Below, in pieces: positions 10,428 to 19,893 of a DNA stretch of 64,000 nt. The notes under the pieces are model-generated. The model was given only the letters and a program-made list of their open reading frames with translations. It was not told where the DNA came from and searched no databases. The position numbers and the translations under genes are program-made. The DNA lies in NCBI GenBank assembly GCA_035292445.1, contig DATDQB010000010.1, forward strand, positions 67,563-131,562, read 5' to 3'. The stretch comes from Candidatus Omnitrophota bacterium (GTDB lineage Bacteria > Omnitrophota > Gorgyraeia > Zapsychrales > Zapsychraceae). Positions within the stretch are counted from its first letter, which is position 1. Each line of letters begins with the position of its first letter.

Positions 10428-12995
10428 CTAAACTTCCTTGGTTTCCAACCAGTTCATCCCGACCTTAATACTGACCTTAACAGGCGTTGACAGCTTCATC
10501 GGCGATTCCATTTCACGGCGGACAAGCTCAATCATCGCCTTTTCCTCGTCTTTAACAACATCAAAGACCAGTTCATCATGGACCGTCATGATCATCCGGG
10601 AAGCCGTCTTCTGGCGGTCCATCTGTTCCTGGACCTTGATCATGGCAAGTTTGATGAAATCCGCCGCCGAACCCTGAACCGGCGTATTGATCGCCTGGCG
10701 CTGCGCCAACTGGCGGATCGCATTGTTCTTGCTGTTGATATCGGGAATATAACGCCGGCGGTTCAAGATCGTCGTCACATAGCCGTTGGTTTCACATTCC
10801 TGAATAACCCGCTCAATATATTCCTTAACTTTAGGATAACGGGCAAAATACGTGTCAATGAACGATTGGGCTTCGGGTGTTGAGATATTGAGATCTTTGG
10901 CCAAGCCGTAGGAACTCATCCCGTAAATGATGCTGAAATTGACCCGTTTGGCTGTATTGCGCATCTCATAGGTGACCTCGGACTCCTTGACATCAAAAAT
11001 CAAAGATGCCGTGAGGTTATGGATGTCCTCTCCCTTTTCAAAAGCGCTCAGAAGCGTCTTATCCTGGGAAAGGTGCGCCAGGATCCTCAGTTCAATCTGC
11101 GAATAATCGGCCGATAACAGCACGTTCCCTTTTTTCGACGGGATAAAGGCCTTTCGTATCTCGCGCCCCAACTCCGTGCGGATCGGGATATTTTGCAGAT
11201 TCGGATTGCGCGAGGAAAAACGCCCCGTTTCCGCGCCGATCTGGTCGAACTCCGCGTGGATCCGGCCGTCTTTGGCATCCACCATCTTCGGCAACGCGTC
11301 GATATACGTTGATTTCAATTTAGCGAGCTGGCGGTATTCGAGAATGAGCGAGGCCACGTCATGGTTCTTGGCAAGGATCGTTAAGACCTCTTCGTCCGTT
11401 GAGAAACCTGTCTTTGTTTTTTTAACAACCGGCAACTTCAGTTTCTCAAAAAGGATTTGGCTCAGCTGCTTGGGTGAATTAAGGTTGAATTCCTGCCCGG
11501 CCAATTTATACAACTTCTTCTCAAGATTGCCGATAGAGCGCTCGCATTCTTTGGATAACGAGGCCAAGAGCTCTAGGTCGATTTTTACGCCATGGCTTTC
11601 CATTTTGGATAACACAATGGACAGCGGCACTTCCAGTTCATTATGAAGCTTAAGCAGCTCGCGCTCTTTCAATTCCTTCAATAGAACAGGATACAGCCCC
11701 GTCAGGGCGGCTGTTTCGTGGGCGCGGCGGTTATTGTCAGAGATCGATTGCTTTAAATAACGCCAAGCCAAATCGCTGGGCGTTGAGGTGGTATAACTTA
11801 AACCGGCCAAGTAACTGGCCAGCTTCACATCGAAAATATTATTAAAAAAATCCCCCTCGTTATCGAATTCTTTTAAAACACTTTTAAAATCATACGTGAT
11901 CTTAGCGATCTTCTCGTCTTTAAAAATAGGTTTCAAATGCTGCGTCAATTTCGCCTCGATCTGAAAGACCGAGGCCCCGTCGATACTGAGGGTTAACCCG
12001 GACTGATGGAAAAGCGACTGCTCCGATACATCGCCCGGCAGGAACGCAAAGAACTTCTTTGACTTTATCTTATCGATAAGCTCATCCAGGCCCGCTTTGG
12101 CCGCAATGTCTTTGATGGCCATTTCCTTCTGCGGCTGATCCGCCGATGCGTACTCTTCGGCCAGGCGCCGGAATTCCAATGAGCGGAAGATCCCATGGAG
12201 CCGATCCCTATCCGGTTCTTTGACCTCCAACTCATCTAACGCGTATTTGACCGGGGCGTCCGCTTCCAAGAGCGCCAATTCTTTGCTGAAGAAAGCCTGG
12301 TCTTTCTGCGTCTTAAGCTTCTCCCTGACACTTTCTTTATCGACTTTGCTGAGGTTCTTATAAATGCTTTCCAAAGAGCCGAACGATAAAAGGAGACTTC
12401 GAGCCGTCACCTCACCTATCCCCATAACACCCGGGATGTTGTCGGTATTATCGCCTGCAAGCCCAATAAAATCGACAATGAGCTGCGGCTCGAATCCCAA
12501 TTTCTTCTTTAAGGCCGGCGTATCATACGTTTCATCGTTTCGCACGCTGTAAAACTTAAGGTCCTCACTGGCCAGCTGGTACATGTCTTTGTCATCGCTG
12601 ACGACCGTGATTTCCAGATCATTCTTGGAAAGCTTCTTGACGACCGCGGCGATCAGATCATCGGCCTCATAACCGGCCTGCTCAAGAATGGCGACGTGAT
12701 ACGCGCCCAGAACCTCTTTAATGACCGGGATCTGTGCGCTCAAGCCCTCCGGCATGGCCTGGCGCTGGATCTTATACTGGGCGTACTTGGCCGAGCGGTG
12801 CGTCTTTTCTTTCGAATCGAAGCAGGCAACCACATAATCGGGCTTCATCTCGCGCAAGATCTTACGCAGCGTGTTGACGAAGCCGTACACCGCATTGGTC
12901 GGTTGCCCCGCACTGGTCGCTAATTCCCTGATGGCATAGAACGAACGGTAACACAACGCATGCCCGTCGATAAGAAATAATCTTTTTGTTGCCAT
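10428..12995 (-). CDS. polA: DNA polymerase I
   Basis: 855 aa. 5' nuclease domain (LIDGHALCYRSFYA), polymerase motifs A (DYSQIELR) and C (VHDE). Confidence 0.95.
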   Translation of the reverse strand: MATKRLFLIDGHALCYRSFYAIRELATSAGQPTNAVYGFVNTLRKILREMKPDYVVACFDSKEKTHRSAKYAQYKIQRQAMPEGLSAQIPVIKEVLGAYHVAILEQAGYEADDLIAAVVKKLSKNDLEITVVSDDKDMYQLASEDLKFYSVRNDETYDTPALKKKLGFEPQLIVDFIGLAGDNTDNIPGVMGIGEVTARSLLLSFGSLESIYKNLSKVDKESVREKLKTQKDQAFFSKELALLEADAPVKYALDELEVKEPDRDRLHGIFRSLEFRRLAEEYASADQPQKEMAIKDIAAKAGLDELIDKIKSKKFFAFLPGDVSEQSLFHQSGLTLSIDGASVFQIEAKLTQHLKPIFKDEKIAKITYDFKSVLKEFDNEGDFFNNIFDVKLASYLAGLSYTTSTPSDLAWRYLKQSISDNNRRAHETAALTGLYPVLLKELKERELLKLHNELEVPLSIVLSKMESHGVKIDLELLASLSKECERSIGNLEKKLYKLAGQEFNLNSPKQLSQILFEKLKLPVVKKTKTGFSTDEEVLTILAKNHDVASLILEYRQLAKLKSTYIDALPKMVDAKDGRIHAEFDQIGAETGRFSSRNPNLQNIPIRTELGREIRKAFIPSKKGNVLLSADYSQIELRILAHLSQDKTLLSAFEKGEDIHNLTASLIFDVKESEVTYEMRNTAKRVNFSIIYGMSSYGLAKDLNISTPEAQSFIDTYFARYPKVKEYIERVIQECETNGYVTTILNRRRYIPDINSKNNAIRQLAQRQAINTPVQGSAADFIKLAMIKVQEQMDRQKTASRMIMTVHDELVFDVVKDEEKAMIELVRREMESPMKLSTPVKVSIKVGMNWLETKEV

Positions 12996-13072
12996 ACCAA
13001 GTTATGCACTGAAGAACGTTTATACATCCATCGGATCTTGCGGATCCCTGGGTGCCGATGTTTGGTGGAAAT

Positions 13073-13897
13073 CTACTCGCTTGGAATTGTGGAAAGCATG
13101 TTCCGGATTTCTTGTCTGGCAGACAGCGTATTTCCCGATTCAAGCATTTTTAAGGCGTGCTCCGAACGACGCTCAAAATCTTCCTTGGCCTTTTGAATCA
13201 CCAGATCCTTTTTTGCCTGCACGATTTTGGGATTGTGGGGCGTCAGCCTCAGCGCCTCATCGAACTCCAAAAACGCCCTGGTATATTGGCCTTCTTGGGC
13301 AAATTTCTGGCCGCGGCGAAAATGTTCATTGGCCAACGTCACGCTTTTGGTGAATTCCTCGTGGACTTTGACGACAAGCTCTTTATCCAGCCCTTTAGCT
13401 TCATGGGTCAGGGCCCAAGTAACCGCTTCGGGGCGGATCTTTAACAGCTCTTCTTTGGCCTTCTGGGCCCAAGGGTCGTTGGGCTCAGCGCGTTCAAAAC
13501 GCTTCTTGAAATACTGAAAGGCTAATTCCTCTTGTCCGTTTGACTGGTACAGATAGGCCAAGTTCGTATAGGCCGGCAAATAATTCTCATCTACTTGGAC
13601 GGCTTGAAGATAAAATTGTTCCGCTTTGGAAAAAAGTCCTATTTGCTCGTAAATCACCCCGATATCATTGAGGACCACCGGGTTTTCTAAGCCCAACTCA
13701 ACGGCTTTGATGTAATTATTTAAAGCCTCGGGTAAATTCCCTTTTTGTTGCTGCGTAAAACCCAAATCTCGATATTCTTCGGCTGCTTTTAATTTTGTAT
13801 CGGCAAACGTAAGGGAATGAAAGGCGAAACAGGAAATGAATGAAAGAAGAACAACAGTACTAAGACTGGAATTTCGTTTTTTATGTGAGTTAAGCAT
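13073..13897 (-). CDS. secreted tetratricopeptide (TPR) repeat protein
   Basis: 274 aa. N-terminal signal peptide followed by repeated 34-aa TPR-like units (AxxYxxLG / AExYYxxA patterns). Confidence 0.7.
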   Translation of the reverse strand: MLNSHKKRNSSLSTVVLLSFISCFAFHSLTFADTKLKAAEEYRDLGFTQQQKGNLPEALNNYIKAVELGLENPVVLNDIGVIYEQIGLFSKAEQFYLQAVQVDENYLPAYTNLAYLYQSNGQEELAFQYFKKRFERAEPNDPWAQKAKEELLKIRPEAVTWALTHEAKGLDKELVVKVHEEFTKSVTLANEHFRRGQKFAQEGQYTRAFLEFDEALRLTPHNPKIVQAKKDLVIQKAKEDFERRSEHALKMLESGNTLSARQEIRNMLSTIPSE

Positions 13898-13947
13898 AAT
13901 ATAAAATCAGACGTTTGGCAAGTGAAAATTCCTGCCCGTTTTCTAAC

Positions 13948-15198
13948 CTATTGCCCCTCCTCAAGTTGTCTGAGAAGCGCCCCATTGCCTTGCGGTTGTG
14001 TTTCGGCCGGGCTGGCGGCGATGAACTCCGGAGCTATTTCCACCAGGCTGATACTTCCTTCAACGGCCTTCCTGAACAAGTCCTTTTTATCCCGAGCGTT
14101 AACTAAGACGGCGCCAACGGCCCGGCCTTCATTGATCACAAGCTTTTTGAACGTGAAGTTCGCTTCATCGAAGAATATCTTAACGTCTTGCCCCTGCCCT
14201 TCATAGGAGCCGATACCAATGATATCCAGCCCATCGCTGCGCAGTTGGTCGACAGCAAGATGCGATATAGCCGAGGTGTTCTCACCCAAGATGTGCGCCG
14301 CAACAAGTGTTCCCTGCTGTTCCAACTCCTCAACGGATTTATCCGGACGGTTGTTTGCCTCATTTTCCTGCTGGGCGGCCAGATCAACGGCATAGACACT
14401 ATCGACATTCGTCTTAAAATTCCCATCGACCACAATTCTGTTTTTAACGGCTAAATGGGAGTCGGCGAACAATTTATGGTCCGCAGCGGCATCGACGAAT
14501 AAAATAACGTCGCCACCGACCACTTTATTGGATTTTAACCGCACCGCCTTGGCCTCGCCTTCTCCTAAAATTTCGGAAATTTCCGTGCCTGTGTAAAGGT
14601 TCAATCCTTTCTCAATGAGGATATGCGCTAGCTTGGCGCAAACATCCGCCGGGAAAATAGAGGATAATACCTGCGGGCTTTGGGTCACCAGCGTCACGTC
14701 CTTTTCCTGTTTGCGAAAAGCCAAAGCCACTTCCAGCCCCTTTAAGCGGTCCGATTGGATCGCGACCGATTCATAAATGGGCAACGTATCGTAAAGCTCG
14801 TTGATGATCTTGAGCTTATTAAACGCGTTGACCCCGGCCTTACTTGTCCCTTTAACGTCCGGATATTTTTCTGTCGGGAAATCGGCAATGATCAAAATAT
14901 CAAAATCGATCTGTTCTTTCTCCTCGGTAAAGATCTTCTTCCTGTTGAGGTTAACCCGGTCGATCTTTTTATCCAGAAGGACATTGATCTTGTTCTTCTC
15001 AAAAAATTCCCTCGACTTGTAATAAAGCTGGCTTGTCTTGTGCTCCTTGGCGATCAAAGGGCCAAACAGCAACCGGTTGCACGGGTAAAACCCATCAAGG
15101 GAGATGATGGTGATGTCTGCCTCTTGGTCTTTCTGCCGGATGATCTCAACGGCCTTGACGGCCGCGATGGAAGTCCCTAAAACGACGACTCTTTTCAT
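13948..15198 (-). CDS. FAD/NAD(P)-dependent pyridine nucleotide-disulfide oxidoreductase family protein (NADH oxidase/CoA-disulfide reductase-like; dinucleotide-binding motifs degenerate)
   Basis: 416 aa. VVVLGTSIAA in place of GxGxxG, and a single Cys in an FYPCNRL context resembling the CoADR/Nox redox Cys. Rossmann-fold layout. Confidence 0.55.
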   Translation of the reverse strand: MKRVVVLGTSIAAVKAVEIIRQKDQEADITIISLDGFYPCNRLLFGPLIAKEHKTSQLYYKSREFFEKNKINVLLDKKIDRVNLNRKKIFTEEKEQIDFDILIIADFPTEKYPDVKGTSKAGVNAFNKLKIINELYDTLPIYESVAIQSDRLKGLEVALAFRKQEKDVTLVTQSPQVLSSIFPADVCAKLAHILIEKGLNLYTGTEISEILGEGEAKAVRLKSNKVVGGDVILFVDAAADHKLFADSHLAVKNRIVVDGNFKTNVDSVYAVDLAAQQENEANNRPDKSVEELEQQGTLVAAHILGENTSAISHLAVDQLRSDGLDIIGIGSYEGQGQDVKIFFDEANFTFKKLVINEGRAVGAVLVNARDKKDLFRKAVEGSISLVEIAPEFIAASPAETQPQGNGALLRQLEEGQ

Positions 15199-16073
15199 AC
15201 GCTGATTCTCTCCTCGTGTTTTCGTTGTAGTTTAAAAGCTTCAATGCCGTTACGCATCAGCATGACGACCGTCACCGGCCCGACACCACCGGGAACGGGC
15301 GTGATAAAGCCCGCTTTCCCTTTGGCCTTTTCGAATTCCACATCACCGACGATTTTCTCACCGACACGATTGATGCCAACATCGATGACAACGGCCCCTT
15401 TTTTAACCCAATCGCCTTTAATAAGGTTAGGCCTGCCCACCGCAACGACCAAAATGTCCGCTCGATTCACGTGCTCCTGAAGCTTGCCCGCTTCGCTGGT
15501 CGCGATATGGCAAACGGTCACCGTCGCGTAGCTTTCCAAAAGAAGCAACGACAACGGCTTGCCCACGATGCCGCTATGGCCGACGATCACCGCCTCTTTA
15601 CCGCGGATGTCGAGTCCGGTTGACTTGATATGTTCCATCACCGCCGCCGGCGTGCAGGGAATGATCCTGGTTTCCCCCAGGATCATCTTACCGATATTAG
15701 CGACGTTAATGCCTTCCAGGTCTTTATTGGTATCCACCATATTGGCAACGATATGATAATCGATCTGCCGCGGAACCGGCTTATGAAGCATTATACCGTT
15801 CACGTTTATGTCATTATTTAGCTTTTTGATCTCATTACTGAAATCCTTTTGGGAAATGCTGGCGGGGAACGTCTTAAGCTCATACCTGATGCCGATGTAC
15901 TCGGCGGCCTTTATCTGGGCATTGGCATACGTGCGCGAGCCCGCATCCTCTCCTATCACCAGATTCACCAGATGCGGCACGTCATTATACTTGTCTTTCA
16001 GCTGAGCCACTTGCGCTTTAAGCTCATCCTTGATCTTTGCCGCCAGGATTTTTCCGTCCAATAATTTAGCCAT
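15195..16073 (-). CDS. folD: bifunctional methylenetetrahydrofolate dehydrogenase / methenyltetrahydrofolate cyclohydrolase
   Basis: 292 aa. MAKLLDGK start and conserved FolD motifs (GHSGIVGKP, PGGVGPVT). Confidence 0.95.
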   Translation of the reverse strand: MAKLLDGKILAAKIKDELKAQVAQLKDKYNDVPHLVNLVIGEDAGSRTYANAQIKAAEYIGIRYELKTFPASISQKDFSNEIKKLNNDINVNGIMLHKPVPRQIDYHIVANMVDTNKDLEGINVANIGKMILGETRIIPCTPAAVMEHIKSTGLDIRGKEAVIVGHSGIVGKPLSLLLLESYATVTVCHIATSEAGKLQEHVNRADILVVAVGRPNLIKGDWVKKGAVVIDVGINRVGEKIVGDVEFEKAKGKAGFITPVPGGVGPVTVVMLMRNGIEAFKLQRKHEERISV

Positions 16074-16074
16074 A

Positions 16075-16557
16075 TCAGTTATATTGCGAAAGGGTTAACG
16101 CGCCGTTAAAGGCGGACAATAATAATTCGCACGCCACCGCCACATCGGCGATGAGGTATTTGTTACCGGAGGCGACCAAAAAAGGCGCCTGATCGACCGC
16201 CTTATAACAGAGCCGGCACACTTCCAGAGGGACCTCCCTCGCCTTTATCACGGCCGCCTTTTTTACGCTGGGCGAGGCGTTCTTGGTTTCCCTCAACCTT
16301 AAATAAGCCTGAGTGTCCAAATCGACCAGCTCCAGCAACCTTTGGCGAAGTTTTTCCATTTCCTGGACGGTTTTCTTTAACTTTTTCTCGACCGCTTGGG
16401 GGGCTCCCTTGCCGAGGGAATATCGGGCAACCATCGACAGAAGCCCGGCGCCCAAAGCACCAGCCAACGCCGCGGCCGAACCGCCGCCGGGCACAGGTGT
16501 TTTCTCGGCTAGACAATCAAGGTATTCCTTAAGGGTGTGGTGTTTGAACGGTTTCAC
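16075..16557 (-). CDS. formiminotransferase-cyclodeaminase C-terminal-like (cyclodeaminase/cyclohydrolase family) protein
   Basis: 160 aa, all alpha-helical. PVPGGGSAAALAGALGAGL motif typical of the FTCD_C domain. Directly upstream of folD. Confidence 0.7.
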   Translation of the reverse strand: MKPFKHHTLKEYLDCLAEKTPVPGGGSAAALAGALGAGLLSMVARYSLGKGAPQAVEKKLKKTVQEMEKLRQRLLELVDLDTQAYLRLRETKNASPSVKKAAVIKAREVPLEVCRLCYKAVDQAPFLVASGNKYLIADVAVACELLLSAFNGALTLSQYN

Positions 16558-16646
16558 CGGATATAATTATAAATACTTATAAGAATAGAAATTAAGGGCG
16601 GAAGAGGCGTTTCTCTCAACTTTGCCAATTTAGATTAGCATTTATT

Positions 16647-17009
16647 TTATGCCAGTTCAAAAGCATTTTTGATTATTTCTATGGCGGGGCTATTATCCGG
16701 GTCTCCCAAAACCGATATAACATCAAACCTGGCATGGTGATCCATTAATTGATACTGCATCAAGTAGGCCTGGGCCAAGCGCGCCAGCTTTCTTTGTTTA
16801 TGGATGGTAACGGCTTCGAGCCCATCGCCAAATTCATCGCTCAAGCGGGTCTTCACCTCAATGAAACACAGCACATCTTTCTCTTTCGCGACAATGTCGA
16901 TCTCCCCTATCTTGTGGCGGTAATTCGTCTCAAGGATACGGTAGCCGTGCTGGCGCAAAATAGAAACGACCAGCTTTTCGCCGAGTTGTCCTAAATCTCG
17001 TTTAGACAT
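16647..17009 (-). CDS. yraN: YraN family (UPF0102) putative endonuclease
   Basis: 120 aa. GEIDIVA...FIEVKTR core. Conserved position immediately after rnhB. Confidence 0.8.
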   Translation of the reverse strand: MSKRDLGQLGEKLVVSILRQHGYRILETNYRHKIGEIDIVAKEKDVLCFIEVKTRLSDEFGDGLEAVTIHKQRKLARLAQAYLMQYQLMDHHARFDVISVLGDPDNSPAIEIIKNAFELA

Positions 17010-17012
17010 TTT

Positions 17013-17663
17013 CTAATAACTGAACGATTTTCGATGGATCAAAGACGGTCCGAACCGCCGCAGGGCAGCTTTATGCGCAGGCGTCGGATAGCCTTTATGC
17101 TGGCTGAATCCGTACTGGGGATAAATGCGGTCGTAACAACTTAAGATCCGATCCCGGACAACCTTGGCTACGATGGAAGCGCAGGCAATGGAAAAAACTT
17201 TATTATCACCACCAATGATCGAGCGGTGGTGAAACGATAAATCACTTTTGAACCGGTTGCCGTCCACCAACAAACAGACCTTTTGATGAAAATTGCCCGC
17301 CTGCCTTCGCCGCAGCGGCAGCTTGCCGATAAGCTCGTTAACGGCGTTGGTCATGGCCAAAAAGGTTGCCTCCAAAATGTTAACGCGGTCGATGACCTCT
17401 TGTGAAATAATGCCGACGCCAACATAGGCGTTATCCATGATCTCATGGAACGCTTCTTCTCTTCTTTTGGGGGATATGAGCTTGGAATCTCGGATGATCG
17501 TACGGAAATTTCTTCTTCGAATGGAGACCGCGCAGGCGACGACAGGCCCGGCTAACGGGCCGCGGCCGGCTTCATCAACGCCGATAATAAGGGAAAAACC
17601 GCTTTTTTTGACTTGGTCTTCAAAGGTAAGGGTGAGATTATTGGGCTTGTTCCTTTTGAACAC
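17013..17663 (-). CDS. rnhB: ribonuclease HII
   Basis: GVDEAGRGPLAGPVV catalytic motif. The maximal ORF extends to 17861 but overlaps rplS by ~220 nt; an in-frame GTG at about 17663 is the most plausible start. The true start is not resolved. Confidence 0.7.
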   Translation of the reverse strand: MFKRNKPNNLTLTFEDQVKKSGFSLIIGVDEAGRGPLAGPVVACAVSIRRRNFRTIIRDSKLISPKRREEAFHEIMDNAYVGVGIISQEVIDRVNILEATFLAMTNAVNELIGKLPLRRRQAGNFHQKVCLLVDGNRFKSDLSFHHRSIIGGDNKVFSIACASIVAKVVRDRILSCYDRIYPQYGFSQHKGYPTPAHKAALRRFGPSLIHRKSFSY

Positions 17664-18009
17664 GTGCGGCCTTACCCGTGCGCTCTCGCAGGTAATACAA
17701 TTTGGCGCGTTTGTTGACGCCTTTTTGCACGACATGAAGGCTTTCGATGACCGGAGAATGTATCGGGAAACAACGCTCGACACCTTCGCCGAAGGAAATC
17801 TTACGAACCGTAAATGTGCCTCGCAGGCCGCGCCCTGTCTTGCTGATGACCGTTCCTTCAAAAGGGTGCAAGCGGGTCTTGTCCCCTTCCTGCACCTTGA
17901 TCATCATCTTGATCGTATCGCCGACCGTAAATTCAGGCAGGTTCTTATTCATGTATCTTTCTTCGATTGCTCTGATTGTCGCGCCGACATTGGTAACCAT
18001 AACTTCCAC
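17638..18009 (-). CDS. rplS: 50S ribosomal protein L19
   Basis: L19 signature TVRKIS.GEGVER...HSP. The start is possibly at the internal MNKNLPEF Met (about 17952). Confidence 0.88.
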   Translation of the reverse strand: MEVMVTNVGATIRAIEERYMNKNLPEFTVGDTIKMMIKVQEGDKTRLHPFEGTVISKTGRGLRGTFTVRKISFGEGVERCFPIHSPVIESLHVVQKGVNKRAKLYYLRERTGKAARVQKEQAQ

Positions 18010-18037
18010 TCCTCAAATATTTTATATCACAATGGAT

Positions 18038-18715
18038 TTATTTTTTCAACAAATCGGGCCGGAACTTCTTGGTGGCCTTTAAAGCCTGTTCTTTTCGCCA
18101 CTTCTGGACCTCAGCGTGATTGCCAGATAGTAGCACATCCGGAACTTTTTCGCCACGAAAATTTGCCGGCCGCGTGTACTGGGGGTACTCCAATAAATTA
18201 TGCTCGAACGACTCATCGTGAAGCGATTCGCTTCTGCCCACGACCCCCGGGATCAACCGTACCACACAATCGACGAGGACCATCGCGGGCAACTCACCGC
18301 CGGTCAACACATAATCGCCGATGGAAACGCATTCATCCACTGTCATGTCAATGACGCGCTGGTCCACGCCTTCATAATGCCCACAAATTATAATCAAATT
18401 GGAAAGTTTTGCAAACCTTTTTACCACCAGTTGCGTCAAAGACGTGCCCTTCGGGTCCATCAGAATAACACGCGCCTTTCGCTTTCCCTTGATCTTTTTG
18501 ACAGCGTCCACCAATGGTTGGGTGCCCATCACCATGCCCGGCCCGCCGCCGAAGGGGCGGTCATCGACTTTACGATGCTTGTCTTTGGTAAAATCCCTTA
18601 GATCATACACGATGATCTTGACCTTCTTTTTCTCCTGAGCCCTTTTGATAATGGACTCGCCAAAAACAGGTTGAAACATGTCGGGGAAAATTGTGATGAT
18701 GTCGATGCGTAACAT
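18038..18715 (-). CDS. trmD: tRNA (guanine37-N1)-methyltransferase
   Basis: 225 aa. MLRIDIITIFP start and SPOUT knot motifs (ICGHYEGVDQR). Confidence 0.95.
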   Translation of the reverse strand: MLRIDIITIFPDMFQPVFGESIIKRAQEKKKVKIIVYDLRDFTKDKHRKVDDRPFGGGPGMVMGTQPLVDAVKKIKGKRKARVILMDPKGTSLTQLVVKRFAKLSNLIIICGHYEGVDQRVIDMTVDECVSIGDYVLTGGELPAMVLVDCVVRLIPGVVGRSESLHDESFEHNLLEYPQYTRPANFRGEKVPDVLLSGNHAEVQKWRKEQALKATKKFRPDLLKK

Positions 18716-18716
18716 T

Positions 18717-19886
18717 TTATAAATTTGCCTTTACCGGTAGGGAACGGGCATGCCCGTTCCCTACGTTGAATAATTCCGATTTATAATTTTCCAAAAATTC
18801 ATTTTGAAACGCTTCATAACGATCCGCCTCGATCGCCGCGCGGATTTCCCGCATTAAATTAACATAAAACAGCACGTTATGGTACGAAATTAAATGCAGT
18901 GCCGTAATCTCGTTCTGGTTCAACAAATGGCGGATGTAGGCCCGGGTATATTTCTTGCAGCAAATACCTTCGCAGGTAGGGTCGATAGGGGTAAAATCGT
19001 TGGTGAATGTGGCGTTGTTAAGGTTTATTTTTCCTGCTTTGGTAAAAGCCGCGCCGTGGCGACCGTAACGTGTCGGGATACAGGTGTCGAACATATCGAT
19101 GCCCATGCCGACGGCCTTGACGATCTGGTCCGGCAAGCCAATGCCCATAAAGTAACGCGGCTTATCCGAAGGCAGATGCGGCATGAGCCAATCAAGCGTT
19201 TCGAACATGTCCTTGACCGGCTCGCCCACGCTCACCCCGCCGATGGCGTAACCGTCAAAACCGATATCAAGGATCTCTTTGACCGACTGCAACCTTAAGT
19301 CCTCATAGGTTGCGCCCTGGATAATACCAAAGAGCGATTGCTTAAACCTGGAAGGATGTTTCTTGAAATAATCTTTGCAGCGCTTGGCCCACTTTGTCGT
19401 GCGTTCGACGGCCTTTTGCGCTTTCTTGCGTTCACAGGGATAAGGCGCGCATTCATCCAGGCACATGATCATATCCGCTCCCAGGGTTTGCTCGATTTTA
19501 ATGACGTCTTCGGGAGTGAGAAAATGCAGCGAGCCGTCAATGTGCGAGCGGAATTTGACGCCTTCATCGGTAAGCTTGCGGAATTTGGTCAAGCTGAATA
19601 TCTGGTAGCCGCCGCTGTCTGTTAAGATTGGAAGCTCCCAGTTCATAAACCTATGGAGCCCGCCCGCCGCTTCAATGACCTCCATCCCCGGGCGAAGGTA
19701 TAAATGGTACGCGTTGGAAAGAACGATCTGCGAATTAACCGCACGCAAATCCTCAAAGGTCAACGACTTGACCGTCGCGTTGGTGCCCACGGGCATGAAA
19801 AACGGCGTTTGGACCTCGCCGTGAGCGGTTGCCATCACCCCGCGGCGGGCATTTGTTTTTTGATCTTTCTTTATTAACGTGAACAT
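18717..19886 (-). CDS. tgt: queuine tRNA-ribosyltransferase
   Basis: 389 aa. TPFFMPVGT and the zinc-site CCxxC pattern. The last codons contain a 28-nt perfect palindrome. Confidence 0.95.
   Translation of the reverse strand: MFTLIKKDQKTNARRGVMATAHGEVQTPFFMPVGTNATVKSLTFEDLRAVNSQIVLSNAYHLYLRPGMEVIEAAGGLHRFMNWELPILTDSGGYQIFSLTKFRKLTDEGVKFRSHIDGSLHFLTPEDVIKIEQTLGADMIMCLDECAPYPCERKKAQKAVERTTKWAKRCKDYFKKHPSRFKQSLFGIIQGATYEDLRLQSVKEILDIGFDGYAIGGVSVGEPVKDMFETLDWLMPHLPSDKPRYFMGIGLPDQIVKAVGMGIDMFDTCIPTRYGRHGAAFTKAGKINLNNATFTNDFTPIDPTCEGICCKKYTRAYIRHLLNQNEITALHLISYHNVLFYVNLMREIRAAIEADRYEAFQNEFLENYKSELFNVGNGHARSLPVKANL
18736..18763. repeat. 28-nt perfect palindrome gtagggaacgggcatgcccgttccctac (GTAGGG...CCCTAC family), inside tgt 3' end
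   Basis: Read directly. It encodes the tgt C-terminal GNGHARSLP and shares 10-nt half-sites with the palindrome at 20891-20916. Confidence 0.85.
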
Positions 19887-19893
19887 TTATTCC

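Noticed and set aside
12862-13143. 93-aa minus-strand ORF spanning the polA start and the TPR gene stop
   Set aside because: It overlaps two well-supported genes and has no motif. It is a spurious overlap ORF.
17664-17861. N-terminal ~66 residues of the maximal rnhB ORF
   Set aside because: They are encoded entirely within rplS in another frame, with no homology to RNase HII N-termini. It is an over-extended ORF.
17437-18354. 305-aa plus-strand ORF, along with other long plus-strand ORFs at 6102-6917, 28607-29203 and 29631-30326
   Set aside because: All lie antisense to well-supported conserved genes (rnhB/rplS/trmD, prfA, infB, nusA). Their translations are low-complexity Ser/Arg/Pro-rich, as expected for shadow ORFs in GC-biased coding sequence.
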